Notes under the pieces: model-generated | Told to the model about the DNA's origin: nothing | What the model saw: the letters and a program-made list of their open reading frames with translations, nothing else | Database searches by the model: none | In this document: positions 45,668 through 57,211 of the stretch, piece after piece | Position numbering within the stretch: the first letter of the stretch is position 1 | How the letters are laid out: every line of letters starts with the position of its first letter | NCBI GenBank assembly: GCA_020847915.1 | Contig: JADLBE010000529.1 | Coordinates: 21,417-85,416 of the forward strand | DNA from: Saprospiraceae bacterium | Lineage (GTDB): Bacteria > Bacteroidota > Bacteroidia > Chitinophagales > Saprospiraceae | Length of the DNA: 64,000 nt | Direction: 5' to 3' | Program-made: the position numbers and the translations under genes

Positions 45668-46876
45668 ATGAAAACCCATTTCCAGATACTCATCATCGGC
45701 GGCGGCAACGCCGGCATCGCTTTGTCAGCCCAATTGCTCCGCAAAGACGGGAAACTCGACATCGCCATCGTCGAACCATCTGAAAAACACTACTACCAAC
45801 CCGCATGGACGCTGGTTGGTGGCGGCGTTTACAATCAAACCGACACCGAACGCACCGAAGCATCGGTGATGCCTGCCAAAGTTGAGTGGATACACGACGC
45901 GGCAGCTTCCTTTGAACCTGAAAACAACACCATCGTAACGGCTTCCGGAAAACGTTATTCCTACGATTACCTCGTAGTAGCTCCGGGCATTCAACTGGAC
46001 TGGAACAAAATCAAAGGCCTTGAAGGCAACCTTGGCAAGTACGGCATCACATCGAATTTTAGTTACCAATCGGCTCCGTATACCTTTGAACTGATAAGCA
46101 ACCTCAAAAAAGGCAAGGCGATTTTTACCAATCCCAATACGCCCATCAAATGCGGCGGCGCTCCGCAAAAAGCCATGTACCTGTCGAGCGATTACTGGCG
46201 CAAACACGGCGTACTTGGTGATGTTCAGGTCCACTTTTATTCCGCCGCAAGTATGATCTTCGGCATCAAGGAATACCGCGAAACCCTGGAAAAAGTCATT
46301 GCTCGTTACGGCATCCAAACCCACTTTTTTCACAACCTGGTGGAGGTCAAAGCGCAGGAAAAAATTGCCATTTTTGATGTGTACAAAGATGGTCAGGTGG
46401 TTGATCAGGTACAGGATACCTACGATATGATCCACATCACGCCGCCTCAAAGCGCACCCGACTTTATCAAAAGCAGTCCACTCGCAGTGCCCGGCAACCC
46501 ACTGGGTTGGATCGACGTGGACAAGTTCACTTTTCAGCACGTGCGTTTCTCCAACATTTATGCTCTGGGCGACGCTTCCAGTACCCCCAATGCCAAAACC
46601 GGAGCAGCCGTACGCAAACAAGTTCCCGTACTTGTGGAGCAACTGGTTAGTCAGATTTATCATCAGAAACCTTCGCCGGATCAATACCATGGCTACGGCT
46701 CCTGTCCACTGGTTACCGGTTACGGCAAACTGGTGATGGCCGAATTTGACTATGAAAACAAACGGGTAGAGACCTTCCCGTTCGATCAAAGCAAGGAACG
46801 ACTGAGCATGTACCTGCTCAAAACACAGGTTTTACCACGGCTTTACTGGAATTTTATCCTGAAAGGCATGATGTAA
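45668..46876 (+). CDS. sqr: Type II sulfide:quinone oxidoreductase (mirror copy)
   Basis: Mirror of 17063-18271. Confidence 0.8.
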   Translation: MKTHFQILIIGGGNAGIALSAQLLRKDGKLDIAIVEPSEKHYYQPAWTLVGGGVYNQTDTERTEASVMPAKVEWIHDAAASFEPENNTIVTASGKRYSYDYLVVAPGIQLDWNKIKGLEGNLGKYGITSNFSYQSAPYTFELISNLKKGKAIFTNPNTPIKCGGAPQKAMYLSSDYWRKHGVLGDVQVHFYSAASMIFGIKEYRETLEKVIARYGIQTHFFHNLVEVKAQEKIAIFDVYKDGQVVDQVQDTYDMIHITPPQSAPDFIKSSPLAVPGNPLGWIDVDKFTFQHVRFSNIYALGDASSTPNAKTGAAVRKQVPVLVEQLVSQIYHQKPSPDQYHGYGSCPLVTGYGKLVMAEFDYENKRVETFPFDQSKERLSMYLLKTQVLPRLYWNFILKGMM

Positions 46877-46931
46877 AGAGAATTGTGTTACTTCGTTGCT
46901 AAGTTATCGAACCGTCAAACATTTTGAAGTC

Positions 46932-47495
46932 ATGTTAGAATTTTTGTCTCAACCCTGGCCCTGGTACATAGGCGGGCCGCTTATTGGATTAGCTGTTCCT
47001 TTGCTGCTTATTGCAGGTAACAAATCGCTTGGCATATCCTCCTCCCTGCGCCACATTTGCGCATCCTGTTTCCCAGCCGGCATTGATTTTTTCCAATACG
47101 ATTGGAAAAAAGAATCCTGGAACCTCTTTTACGTCGGTGGTATCCTGATCGGAGGTTTTGTGGGTGGCGTTTTGCTCGCCAATCCGGGTGAAATGGTCGT
47201 CAATCCACAAACCATTGAAGATTTAAGGGCACTTGGCCTTACGGAGTTCAGCGGACTTGGTCCGTCGGAAATTTTCAACTGGAGTGAACTGGGTTCGTTG
47301 CGAACCATTGTATTTGTCATCGTCGGTGGCTTTCTGGTTGGTTTCGGTACGCGTTATGCCGGAGGCTGCACCAGTGGTCATACCATCTTTGGCCTGTCCA
47401 CGCTGCAATGGCCATCCCTGGTGGCAACCATCAGTTTTATGGTTGGTGGTTTCCTTTGCACCCATTTTCTGCTCCCCATTTTGCTCGCCCTGTAA
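46932..47495 (+). CDS. YeeE/YedE-family membrane protein (mirror copy)
   Basis: Mirror of 16444-17007. Confidence 0.8.
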   Translation: MLEFLSQPWPWYIGGPLIGLAVPLLLIAGNKSLGISSSLRHICASCFPAGIDFFQYDWKKESWNLFYVGGILIGGFVGGVLLANPGEMVVNPQTIEDLRALGLTEFSGLGPSEIFNWSELGSLRTIVFVIVGGFLVGFGTRYAGGCTSGHTIFGLSTLQWPSLVATISFMVGGFLCTHFLLPILLAL

Positions 47496-47507
47496 AGTTG
47501 CTCCGTC

Positions 47508-47918
47508 ATGAAAAATCTTAAATATCTGCTGTTCGGCGTTCTTTTCGGCGTCGTGCTTACCAAAACGGAGGTCATCTCCTGGTGGCGTATCCAGGAAATG
47601 TTTCGTTTCCAGTCGTTCCACATGTATGGTGTCATCGGCAGCGCCGTAGTAGTAGGCATGCTTTCCGTTTTTATTTTGAAAAAAACAGGCGCCAAATCCA
47701 TTGATGGTGAAGAACTTACCTTTGGAGTGAAAAAATTCGACAAAGGAAACATCATTGGTGGACTGATCTTCGGCATAGGCTGGGGTATCACAGGCGCTTG
47801 CCCCGGCCCGATGATGGCACTCGTTGGCTCCGGCATTACCATCATGGTCCTCGCCATCATCAGTGCGGTCGCAGGCACGTGGGTGTACGGACTGCTCCGA
47901 AATAAATTACCACACTAA
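47508..47918 (+). CDS. Small YeeE/YedE-related membrane protein (mirror copy)
   Basis: Mirror of 16021-16431 with an identical translation. Confidence 0.75.
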   Translation: MKNLKYLLFGVLFGVVLTKTEVISWWRIQEMFRFQSFHMYGVIGSAVVVGMLSVFILKKTGAKSIDGEELTFGVKKFDKGNIIGGLIFGIGWGITGACPGPMMALVGSGITIMVLAIISAVAGTWVYGLLRNKLPH

Positions 47919-47919
47919 C

Positions 47920-47978
47920 AAGTCGTAAGTCGTAAGTCATAAGTGGACTTACGACTTACGACTTACGACTTACGACTT
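47920..47978. repeat. Heptamer-built 19-bp-stem hairpin (mirror copy)
   Basis: Mirror of 15961-16019. Confidence 0.85.
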
Positions 47979-47985
47979 TTCCGCC

Positions 47986-48879
47986 ATGGCAAAAAAGATC
48001 CCAACCTACAGCATTTGCAACCTGCTTGGCGCCGACCAGTGCGTGGCTGAATTTCTTGTGATGCGCATCAGCGATTTCACGCGTGCCCATCCCGATTTGT
48101 TGTTTCCGCACCGTCATGCCTTTTACCAGATCGTTTTGTTTACGGAAGGTGGTGGAGAACATACCATCGATTTCGAGTCGTATGCGGTAAAACCGCATCA
48201 GGTGTATTACATGGCGCCTGGACAAATTCATTCCTGGCATTTTTTGCCTGGTACGGAGGGCTACATCGTGAACTTCAACGAAAGCTTTTTCACCGCCATC
48301 TGCCACAACCCCAACTTCATCGCGGAGTTTCCGTTGTTCAACACCGTGAGCGGACAACCCGTCAATGTTTTGGAAACCGAATGTTGCAGTGAGGTACACG
48401 GTTTGATGGAACGCATGCTCGACGAATACCACCTGGATGCAGATTTTCGGAACGATTTTTTACGCGCCCTGCTGATGCAGATGCTGGTGCTTTTGTCGAG
48501 GGCCATGCCACAAAACAGCAAACAGGAAGTGAGCCGTCACCAACTTACCGTTTTGCGTAATTTTGAAAAACTGATAGAGCAAAACTTTCGGGAAAAACGC
48601 CTTCCACGCGATTATGCCGAAATGCTGTACATCACACCCAACCACCTCAATGCCCTCAGCAATTCGGTGCTTGGCAAACCTGCCGGCGAACTCATCCGCG
48701 AGAGGGTAGTGCTGGAAGCCAAACGCCTGCTCGTCAATTCGGACTACACCGTAACCCAAATTGCAGACATGCTTCATTTTGAAGACAATGCGTATTTCAC
48801 CCGGTTCTTTAAAAAGTATACAAGCATGTCACCCGAAATTTTCCGGCAGGAATACCAAAAAACGCTGGCGGTGGGTTGA
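47986..48879 (+). CDS. AraC-family transcriptional regulator (mirror copy)
   Basis: Mirror of 15060-15953 with an identical translation. Confidence 0.9.
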   Translation: MAKKIPTYSICNLLGADQCVAEFLVMRISDFTRAHPDLLFPHRHAFYQIVLFTEGGGEHTIDFESYAVKPHQVYYMAPGQIHSWHFLPGTEGYIVNFNESFFTAICHNPNFIAEFPLFNTVSGQPVNVLETECCSEVHGLMERMLDEYHLDADFRNDFLRALLMQMLVLLSRAMPQNSKQEVSRHQLTVLRNFEKLIEQNFREKRLPRDYAEMLYITPNHLNALSNSVLGKPAGELIRERVVLEAKRLLVNSDYTVTQIADMLHFEDNAYFTRFFKKYTSMSPEIFRQEYQKTLAVG

Positions 48880-49025
48880 AAGAGAAGTTCTACCTTGCAT
48901 CCTCAACACAGCGTTGGAAAAAAAGCCCTGAAAAGGCGAAAAACGACAGAATGAGATCACATCAAACCTGTCCTATTTCGCTTTTTCAGGGCTTTATTTG
49001 CACCCATGTGTTGATTGATCCTGAA

Positions 49026-51791
49026 ATGGTGCAGCATTCCAAACATAATATCCCCAACCTGCCAAGCATTTTGCTTGCTTTGTCGCTTATCCTGCTCCCA
49101 CACCTTACCCAGGCGCAGGAATCTCCACTCGTACGTCATTTCAATCCCGATGTTTACGGCGCTCAAAACCAAAACTGGGCGTTGGCCCAGTCCCCTCAAG
49201 GTTTTTTGTACGCCGGCAACAACAGCGGGTTGCTCAGTTTCGACGGCTCCCGTTGGCAACTTTACAACCTTCCTGAAAAACAAACCCTGCGCGCCCTGGC
49301 CATCGATCCTGAAGGCCGCATTTTTTGCGGTGGTTTTGCCGAGTTCGGATATTGGTTCGATTCACTGGGTACAGGGAAACTGGTGTACACCTCGCTGTCG
49401 GGCAACGTACAGGCCGACCTGGTTGATAAAGAGGAGATATGGCACATCGTGGCCATGCCCGGCTACGTACTTTTCCAATCTTTTTCAACCGTTTATCGGT
49501 ACGATTACAAAACCGTGATGGTGATCAAACCTCCGGCAGCCATCATGTTTGCCCAAAACATAGATGGGCGCGTATACCTGCCTGTGATTGGGCGGGGACT
49601 GTACGAGCTGCTTCCGGACAATACATTCCGATTTTTAAAAGGCAGTGAAACCCTGGCAGGCAACATTGTACAGTTTATTACACGAGGTCCGAACGGTGCA
49701 TTGTGGATAGGTACCGACCGATTCGGCATTTATACTTTTGAAAACGAACAATGTATTGCATGGAAAAATCCATTGAATGAAGATTTCAAACGTTTCCAAC
49801 TCAACAAAGCGGTAGAGCTTAAACAAGGCGGTTGGGCAGTAGGTACCATCCGCAACGGAGTTTACATACTCGACCAGGCCGGAAAGCTGCGTTTTCACCT
49901 CAACCAGCCCTCCGGTTTGCAAAACAATACGGTTTTGTCGCTCCAGGAAGACCAAAGCAACAACCTCTGGATCGGGCTCGACAGGGGCATCGATTATGCT
50001 GTATTGAAAGCTTCACTGAGTTTTTTTAACGATCCTCCAGGACGCATCGGTACGGTTTACACGGCAGCCTACTGGCAGGGCGCCCTGTATTTGGGCAGCA
50101 ACCAGGGTGTTTTTGTACAACAACAGGATGGTTTTAGAGCTATTGAAGGCACCCAGGGACAAGTATGGCAACTTGCGGTATACGATGGCCAATTGTTGTG
50201 CGGGCACAACAACGGCACCTTCCGCATTCAAAACAACAAGGCAGTCTCTTTGTCGGACATTACAGGAGGCTGGTGTTTTCAACCCGTACCCGGCCGGGAA
50301 GACCTGCTTTTGCAAAGCACGTACACCGGAATTGTGCTCTACCGGAAAAACACCGCAGGCATGTGGGGAACAGCAACCAGGGTGGAAGGGTTCAGCGAGC
50401 CTTTGAAAGAAATTACTTTCGACACACGGGGAAACATTTGGGGCGTACATCCCAACCGCGGACTGTTCAGGTTAAAACTTAGTGCCGACTGGATGCGGGT
50501 GGAGGAAATACAATTGTTTACAAAAAACGAAGGTCTGCCCGGCGATTACCAGCTGGATTTGTGCAAACTAAACGACTCGCTGGTGCTGAATTCAGCAGCC
50601 GGTCCCTACCTGATGCGCGAAAGAAGTGATGGTAAAACCCATTTCGAACCCTTGGGTCAATCAGGAAAACCTGTCAAGTGGATTGCCGGAAAAACGGGCG
50701 ATTATTTTGTAGTCGACAACAAAAACGTAAGTCTGGTCCAAAAGGGGAGGGTAGTGAACCACTGGAACCTTTCCCTGGTTCCGGGGTATGAAAACATTGT
50801 TGTCCTAAGCAACGGCGATTACCTCTTTTGCCTGGAAAACGGATTTGCAAACATGCGCCCTTTTACCCCGGAGAATGGTAAAAAATCGGACGTAGCTGCG
50901 CTGATTCGCTGGGTATATTTGCCGGTTAGCGGACGCGTACTTAGTACATCCGAACTGGAAACCAATACATTGCCGTATCGCGACAATTCTTTGAAACTGC
51001 GGTTTGCAACACCTTCGTTCGACCAGGCGCCCGTGTATTTCTGGAAACTGGAAGGTTTGACGGATGAATGGTCTGACGGACAAACCGAACCTGAAAAAGA
51101 ATTCAGCAACCTGCCTCCGGGAGCCTATGTATTCAGGGTACGCAACAGTGCCGACGGACCCGAAACAACGGTGCGTTTTCGCATAGCGCCGCCATGGTAC
51201 CTTTCCCTTGGGGCATGGGTGGTGTATGTTTTGTTGTTTTTGGGCATCATCTACCAAATTGAAAAGATCAACCAAAAAAGGCTCGAAAAACAACGCGAGA
51301 AACTGGAGGCAGAAAATCGTCGGGAACTGGAACGGCAACGCACCGAGGCAGAACGGGAAATGCTGGCTTTGGAGGTCGACAACAAGAGCAAGGAATTGTC
51401 GAACGCGGCTTTAAACCTCATTCGTAAAAATGAGGTATTGCAGCATTTGAAAGATACGTTGCTCGAATCCAAAAATGATCCGCGTGCCATGAGCAGGATC
51501 GTGCGGGAAATAGACGCCCATCTTGAAAGTGATCACGACTGGGAAATTTTTGAAACGTCGTTTAATGCTGTGCACGACGATTTTTTCAAAAGATTGATGC
51601 ACGACTTCCCGGATATGACACCCGGCGACCTCCGGTTGGCGGCCTATTTAAAGATGAACCTGGCGTCAAAAGAGATTGCACCGCTGCTGAACATCTCCGT
51701 TCGGGGCGTAGAAAACAAGCGTTACCGCCTTCGGCGAAAATTAGGGTTGCCCGAAGAAGCCAATCTGACCGAGTTTATGATCAATTATTGA
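49026..51791 (+). CDS. Propeller/Y_Y_Y-TM-LuxR one-component regulator (mirror copy)
   Basis: Mirror of 12148-14913. Confidence 0.8.
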   Translation: MVQHSKHNIPNLPSILLALSLILLPHLTQAQESPLVRHFNPDVYGAQNQNWALAQSPQGFLYAGNNSGLLSFDGSRWQLYNLPEKQTLRALAIDPEGRIFCGGFAEFGYWFDSLGTGKLVYTSLSGNVQADLVDKEEIWHIVAMPGYVLFQSFSTVYRYDYKTVMVIKPPAAIMFAQNIDGRVYLPVIGRGLYELLPDNTFRFLKGSETLAGNIVQFITRGPNGALWIGTDRFGIYTFENEQCIAWKNPLNEDFKRFQLNKAVELKQGGWAVGTIRNGVYILDQAGKLRFHLNQPSGLQNNTVLSLQEDQSNNLWIGLDRGIDYAVLKASLSFFNDPPGRIGTVYTAAYWQGALYLGSNQGVFVQQQDGFRAIEGTQGQVWQLAVYDGQLLCGHNNGTFRIQNNKAVSLSDITGGWCFQPVPGREDLLLQSTYTGIVLYRKNTAGMWGTATRVEGFSEPLKEITFDTRGNIWGVHPNRGLFRLKLSADWMRVEEIQLFTKNEGLPGDYQLDLCKLNDSLVLNSAAGPYLMRERSDGKTHFEPLGQSGKPVKWIAGKTGDYFVVDNKNVSLVQKGRVVNHWNLSLVPGYENIVVLSNGDYLFCLENGFANMRPFTPENGKKSDVAALIRWVYLPVSGRVLSTSELETNTLPYRDNSLKLRFATPSFDQAPVYFWKLEGLTDEWSDGQTEPEKEFSNLPPGAYVFRVRNSADGPETTVRFRIAPPWYLSLGAWVVYVLLFLGIIYQIEKINQKRLEKQREKLEAENRRELERQRTEAEREMLALEVDNKSKELSNAALNLIRKNEVLQHLKDTLLESKNDPRAMSRIVREIDAHLESDHDWEIFETSFNAVHDDFFKRLMHDFPDMTPGDLRLAAYLKMNLASKEIAPLLNISVRGVENKRYRLRRKLGLPEEANLTEFMINY

Positions 51792-51947
51792 TCTTTTCCA
51801 GCTTTTTTTTGTTGTGGTGTAGTAGTGGTGAGGTGCTGTTTTACACACCTCTTGGCTTTTTAGCCTAATTTCATGCTGGAAAAAATAATGGTTCCAAAAT
51901 ATTTTTTTCTTTTTGGAAACCGTTGTAAACATGCCACAACGAATTAC

Positions 51948-53807
51948 ATGAAAACAAACATACACCTGAGTACGCTGCTGTTGTTTCCGCTGGGATGCCT
52001 TTTTGCCCAGGCGCCTCCGTCATCTTTTGCTGCTGAAGGATTCGACAGTCACATTGAATTGCACTGGCAAGGTTCCGGTGCCACAAGTGTGACCGGCTAC
52101 CAATTGTTCCGCTCCGACAACGGCGGGCAAAGTTTCAGTTTACTTAAAGCGCTTGGACCCGGTAACGAAACCTACATCGACTGGACAGGTGATGAGGGAG
52201 CAGGCATTTCCAGACAATACGCCATACGTACCCTCGCCGAAGGAGGCATGATCGGACCCTTTTCCGATACCCTGACGGCAACCACACATGTCTTCAGCGA
52301 TGAGGAATTGCTTGAGATGGTGCAGCGATACACTTTCCGGTATTTTTGGGATTTTGCCCACCCGCAAAGCGGCATGGCACGTGAACGCAATACTTCCGGG
52401 AACACCGTTACAACCGGTGGTTCGGGTTTTGGACTTTTGTCCATCGTTACCGGCATCGAACGCGGCTGGATCACCCGGCAGGAAGGTGTGGACAGGATGC
52501 TTCAGATTGTTTCGTTTCTCCAGATTTGTGAAAAGTACCACGGCGCCCTGCCGCACTGGATCAATGGCGCCACGGGACAAACCATTCCTTTCAGTACTTT
52601 CGACAACGGCGGCGACCTGGTGGAAACTGCGTTTATGATGCAGGGACTGCTGATTTGCAGGGAATATTTTGATCAAAACAATGCCCTGGAAAATACCCTG
52701 CGCGATGTGATCACCGATTTGTGGGAAGGCGTGGAATGGGATTGGTACCGGCGCAACAACAGCAATGTGTTGTATTGGCACTGGTCGCCGCAATACCAGT
52801 GGCAAATGAATTTTCCCCTTCGCGGTTTCAACGAAACCCAGATAACTTACCTGCTTGCCGTGGCGTCACCAACACACGGCGTACCGGCCAGTTTGTACCA
52901 GACAGGATGGGCCGGTGGCGGCTATACCAACAACGCCTCCTATTATGGTTACCCGATTTGCTGCGGCCCATACGCCGGCGGCCCTTTGTTTTTTGCTCAT
53001 TATTCCTTCCTGGGTTTTGATCCGCGCAACAAAAAAGACGCTTACTGCAATTACTTTGTGCGCAACCGCAACCACGCCTTGATCCATCAGGCGTATTGCA
53101 ATTCAAACCCTGAAAACCACGAAGGCTATTCCGATGAGTGTTGGGGTCTCACGGCCAGCGACAATCCCTGGGGTTACCAGGCGCACGATCCGTTTCCGGC
53201 AAACGACAACGGTACCATTGCACCAACGGCGGCCCTTGCATCCATGCCTTACACCCCACAGGAAAGTATGAAGGCGTTGAAGCATTTTTACCGGGTTCTC
53301 GGCGAGCAACTTTGGGGACGTTATGGTTTTTACGATGCGTTCAACCTCGATCAGAACTGGTTTGCCTCCTCCTACCTTGCCATCGACCAGGGACCCATCG
53401 TGGCCATGATCGAAAACCACCGTACCGGTTTGTTTTGGGACCTTTTTATGCAGGCGCCTGGCATACAATCGGCTGTGGCGGCTGTTGGTTTTGTACCTGA
53501 TGCCAGTTCAACGGAGGAAACCTCACGCACGTCGTATGGGTTTGATGTTGTGCTCCGGCCCAATCCGGTGGTAGCAGGACAAACGACGCTACTCGAATTG
53601 CAGGTGTTGACCGGTAGTGTATTTCAGGTGGAAGTTGTTGATAAGCAGGGAGTATTGAGGCAAATTGCCGTTAACACAAGGGCTTTTAAACCAGGCATTT
53701 ACAACCTCCCCATTGCAACTGCAGGACTCGAACCCGGCATGTATTTTATAGCTGTAAAAACTGAAAATGGAAAAACCCGCAGCGTGAAGCTGCTCGTTTC
53801 GCCATGA
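51948..53807 (+). CDS. GH144-like glucanase with T9SS C-terminal domain (mirror copy)
   Basis: Mirror of 10132-11991. Confidence 0.78.
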   Translation: MKTNIHLSTLLLFPLGCLFAQAPPSSFAAEGFDSHIELHWQGSGATSVTGYQLFRSDNGGQSFSLLKALGPGNETYIDWTGDEGAGISRQYAIRTLAEGGMIGPFSDTLTATTHVFSDEELLEMVQRYTFRYFWDFAHPQSGMARERNTSGNTVTTGGSGFGLLSIVTGIERGWITRQEGVDRMLQIVSFLQICEKYHGALPHWINGATGQTIPFSTFDNGGDLVETAFMMQGLLICREYFDQNNALENTLRDVITDLWEGVEWDWYRRNNSNVLYWHWSPQYQWQMNFPLRGFNETQITYLLAVASPTHGVPASLYQTGWAGGGYTNNASYYGYPICCGPYAGGPLFFAHYSFLGFDPRNKKDAYCNYFVRNRNHALIHQAYCNSNPENHEGYSDECWGLTASDNPWGYQAHDPFPANDNGTIAPTAALASMPYTPQESMKALKHFYRVLGEQLWGRYGFYDAFNLDQNWFASSYLAIDQGPIVAMIENHRTGLFWDLFMQAPGIQSAVAAVGFVPDASSTEETSRTSYGFDVVLRPNPVVAGQTTLLELQVLTGSVFQVEVVDKQGVLRQIAVNTRAFKPGIYNLPIATAGLEPGMYFIAVKTENGKTRSVKLLVSP

Positions 53808-53925
53808 TTATATGTATTTTTTAACCTTCAAAAACCATGAGTACATCAAACAATCCGGGACCTGTCCCGAAAATCTCAAATCCTGAATTACAATTCAATC
53901 ACTAACTTTTTTTAAAGAAGCACGT

Positions 53926-56900
53926 ATGAAAAATTTACTTCTCACAAGTTGCCTTGCCTTACTGGCATGCTTCAGTGTTACCGCACAGGTAACGTTTGAA
54001 GATTTTGAGGGCGGCACCGCCGACATTGCATGGTCTGGTGTGAATGGCACGTACAATGGCGCCATTGCCAACCCCGATCAATCGGGTATCAACACCAGCG
54101 GTTTTGTAGGTTCTTACACCAACAGCCCTGCATTTGATTTCAACTTCGCCATTGCCGATGTTCCCGGCGGCACGGTTGACCTTTCGGAGTTCAACGTTTT
54201 TAAAATCAAAATCTGGTCGCCGACCGCTCCTGCAGTCGCACTTTTCAAATTTGAAGGCGGCGGTCAGGGTCAGGAAAAAGTCGTCAACATTACTACCGCC
54301 AATGAATGGGTAGAATATACCTTCGACTTGTCGGCCGGTGAAAACAAAACCCTGATGAACAAGGTGTTGATTTCGTTCAACTCGTTTGTTTTGGGCGACA
54401 ACGCTACCTATTATTGGGACGACATCGTTGCTTACAAGGACGAAGTTTACGAAACCTTTGAAGTGCCTTCGGGCATCGATTGGGTAACGTTTAACGGCGG
54501 TTTGTACAGCGGTCCTGTAGCTAACCCCGCACCGGACTGGGTAAACAATTCAGCTACCGTAGGATGTTTCACAAACAATCCAGCTTCGGATTTCAGTTTT
54601 TTCCTCGGCACAGCGCCGGAAAATTTTGATCTGGCTGTTTTTAACCAGTTCAAATTCAAACTTTGGGCGCCCAATCCTACACGTTTGCTTTTCAAAGTTG
54701 AAGGCGCAGGCGGTGGTGTGGAAAAATTCGTCAATATTGCTGTAGCCAATGTTTGGCAGGAGTATACCGTCGATTTCTCTGGCTCTTCCACGCTTATTGA
54801 CATCAACAAAATCCTGATTTCCTACACGCCGTTTGCCGTCAGCGAAGACGATACGTTTTACGTAGACGACATTCGTGCCGAAGCCAAAGGAATTTGTACC
54901 GGAGCTACACTCGATCCGCTGGTGATCGACGATTACGATTGCAACCGCAATGCTACCTATGGCCTGGGTTGGGACAGTCTTACCGTGGTGGACAACCCGT
55001 TCCCATCGGGCGACAACAACTCGCTGCAGGTAGGCCGCGTTGCCGATAAAACCGGTGCCGGATCCGAATATTACCCATTGGTTTTTGATTATGAAGATCC
55101 CATAGATTTGTCTGTTCGAAACCAGTTCACTTTCCAACTGTATTCCGCCAAAGCAGGTACTGTTTTGGTAAAAATTGAAGGTGGAATGGGCCAAAAAGAG
55201 GTGCCTTTCGACATGGTGCCCAACCAGTGGACAACCTACACCTTTGATGTTGCCGACCAGGTTGGCAAAGGACACAAACGGTTTGTCATATTTTTCAATG
55301 CCGGTCAAAATGGCGAAGTTGGCGATGTGTACTACATCGACAATGTAAAATTGGTAGAGCCTACCGCATTGCCTCCTGTGGAAGATTTTGAAGATGGTTT
55401 GTCGCTTTTCTGGCAGCCTCTGGGTGGCAATGTTGCCCTTCATGGAATCTTCAATGCCCCGGCGCCTAACCCTGGCCCCAACAGTGTAAACGACTCAGAC
55501 AATTCCGGCTGCTATACACTTGGTACCTCGGCTTTTTCCACTTTGGAAGCATTTTCTGCAACGCCATTTGATCTGACGCTTTACCCACAATTCAACCTTG
55601 ATGTACGCAGCCCGGCAGGTGGCGGTACGGTATTGATGATCCTCAATTCAGCCACCGGCAACAAGGAATTTGAAGCAACAGTAACCACACCCGGAGAATG
55701 GGAAACCCTGAGTTTCGATTTTTCGACGGCCAGTGATGTCGACGATATTCAACAAATCAGCCTGCGTTTCAACTCGGGTACGGCTGCTCCTGGCACCACA
55801 TGGTGCATCGACAACCTGCGTCAAAGCGATGCAACCGTTGATCCATGTGTGGATGTGACCATCAATGACAAAATCGTTGATGACTTCGAATGCCAGCGCA
55901 ATTACGAATCCATTTTCTACGGAGGAACCAACCTGACGGTCATCAACAACCCTTACCTGAACGCCGGTAACCCGTCTACCAAGGTGGGCAAATACGACGA
56001 CCCGATCAACGAACCTTTCGCAGGCCTCGGTTACGAATTTGCAACGGCCCCCGATTTGAGCGTTTACAACATTCTTCAGGTACGCGTGTACTCCACGGTA
56101 GCCAACCTGCCTTTCCTGTTTAAATTACAAGGCGGTGCACAAGTTGAAATCACAGAAAACATTCCGGTGGCCAACGAATGGCACACCTTTGAAATCGATT
56201 TCAGCGGCGTAGCCAACAACGACAACAAACAGTTGGTGATTTTCCCCAATGCAGGCAGCAACGATGCCGGAACGTACTGGATCGACGATGTGCGTTTCAA
56301 ACGCGCAGGTTACAACGGTTGTGTAAGCGACTACGAAACACCTGCAACGTCGTTCAACAACTTCACGTACTTCAACAACGGTTCTTTCAACCAACCTTTC
56401 GAAGCCATCAGCAACCCGAATCCTTCGGGCATCAACACCAGCAATACGGTGGGTAAATTTGTTGCAGCTGCCGATGCAGGAATCTACTTTGGTATGTTCA
56501 GCCAGCTGGATGCCGCCATCGATTTCCAGGGCAACAAAACGGTGCGTATGAAAGTACACATGGACCACATTGGTACCGTAACGGTAAAAGCGGAAATTTT
56601 CGGAAATCCATTTCCTCCAGTGGAAATTACCGTACCCAACACGCTTGTAAACCAGTGGGAAGAACTGTCCTTTGATTTCAGCGCCGTAGACGACGCTGCC
56701 AAATACGACCGTTTCACCATTTTCTTCGACATCGCAACGACCGGAACTGGTACCGACGTAATCAGCTACTTCGACGACATCGTGATCGGCAACGGCATGT
56801 GCAACAGCATCAGCACCTTCACACCGCCTACCGTTGAAGCCATCAAGGTTTCACCCAACCCGGTAACGGATCGACTGCGTGTAACCAACCTGCCCGAATC

Positions 56901-57072
56901 GGCACGTCTCGATGTGTTCAACCTTTACGGTCAGAAAGTAAGCAGCATCCTTACAGGTGGTAACAACCGCAGCGAAGTTGACGTAACCCGTCTGCCAGCA
57001 GGTGTTTACACCCTCAGCGCTTTCAACGAACAAGGCATGCTCATAGGCAACGCCAAGTTTGTGAAACAATAA
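53926..57072 (+). CDS. Six-module CBM-like T9SS-sorted protein (mirror copy)
   Basis: Mirror of 6867-10013 with an identical translation. Confidence 0.8.
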   Translation: MKNLLLTSCLALLACFSVTAQVTFEDFEGGTADIAWSGVNGTYNGAIANPDQSGINTSGFVGSYTNSPAFDFNFAIADVPGGTVDLSEFNVFKIKIWSPTAPAVALFKFEGGGQGQEKVVNITTANEWVEYTFDLSAGENKTLMNKVLISFNSFVLGDNATYYWDDIVAYKDEVYETFEVPSGIDWVTFNGGLYSGPVANPAPDWVNNSATVGCFTNNPASDFSFFLGTAPENFDLAVFNQFKFKLWAPNPTRLLFKVEGAGGGVEKFVNIAVANVWQEYTVDFSGSSTLIDINKILISYTPFAVSEDDTFYVDDIRAEAKGICTGATLDPLVIDDYDCNRNATYGLGWDSLTVVDNPFPSGDNNSLQVGRVADKTGAGSEYYPLVFDYEDPIDLSVRNQFTFQLYSAKAGTVLVKIEGGMGQKEVPFDMVPNQWTTYTFDVADQVGKGHKRFVIFFNAGQNGEVGDVYYIDNVKLVEPTALPPVEDFEDGLSLFWQPLGGNVALHGIFNAPAPNPGPNSVNDSDNSGCYTLGTSAFSTLEAFSATPFDLTLYPQFNLDVRSPAGGGTVLMILNSATGNKEFEATVTTPGEWETLSFDFSTASDVDDIQQISLRFNSGTAAPGTTWCIDNLRQSDATVDPCVDVTINDKIVDDFECQRNYESIFYGGTNLTVINNPYLNAGNPSTKVGKYDDPINEPFAGLGYEFATAPDLSVYNILQVRVYSTVANLPFLFKLQGGAQVEITENIPVANEWHTFEIDFSGVANNDNKQLVIFPNAGSNDAGTYWIDDVRFKRAGYNGCVSDYETPATSFNNFTYFNNGSFNQPFEAISNPNPSGINTSNTVGKFVAAADAGIYFGMFSQLDAAIDFQGNKTVRMKVHMDHIGTVTVKAEIFGNPFPPVEITVPNTLVNQWEELSFDFSAVDDAAKYDRFTIFFDIATTGTGTDVISYFDDIVIGNGMCNSISTFTPPTVEAIKVSPNPVTDRLRVTNLPESARLDVFNLYGQKVSSILTGGNNRSEVDVTRLPAGVYTLSAFNEQGMLIGNAKFVKQ

Positions 57073-57073
57073 A

Positions 57074-57111
57074 CAGCAGTCAGCAGTCAGCAGTCAGCAG
57101 TCAGCAGTCAG
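57074..57111. repeat. (CAGCAGT)x5 tandem heptamer repeat (mirror copy)
   Basis: Mirror of 6828-6865. Confidence 0.85.
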
Positions 57112-57211
57112 TTTTTCAATGGAATGTCACTTGAAAAAAAACATTCGATTGGTTTATTGATTTGACTGGCTGCTGGCTGTTGACACTTTTTTCTTTTAAA
57201 CCGTTTCTGCC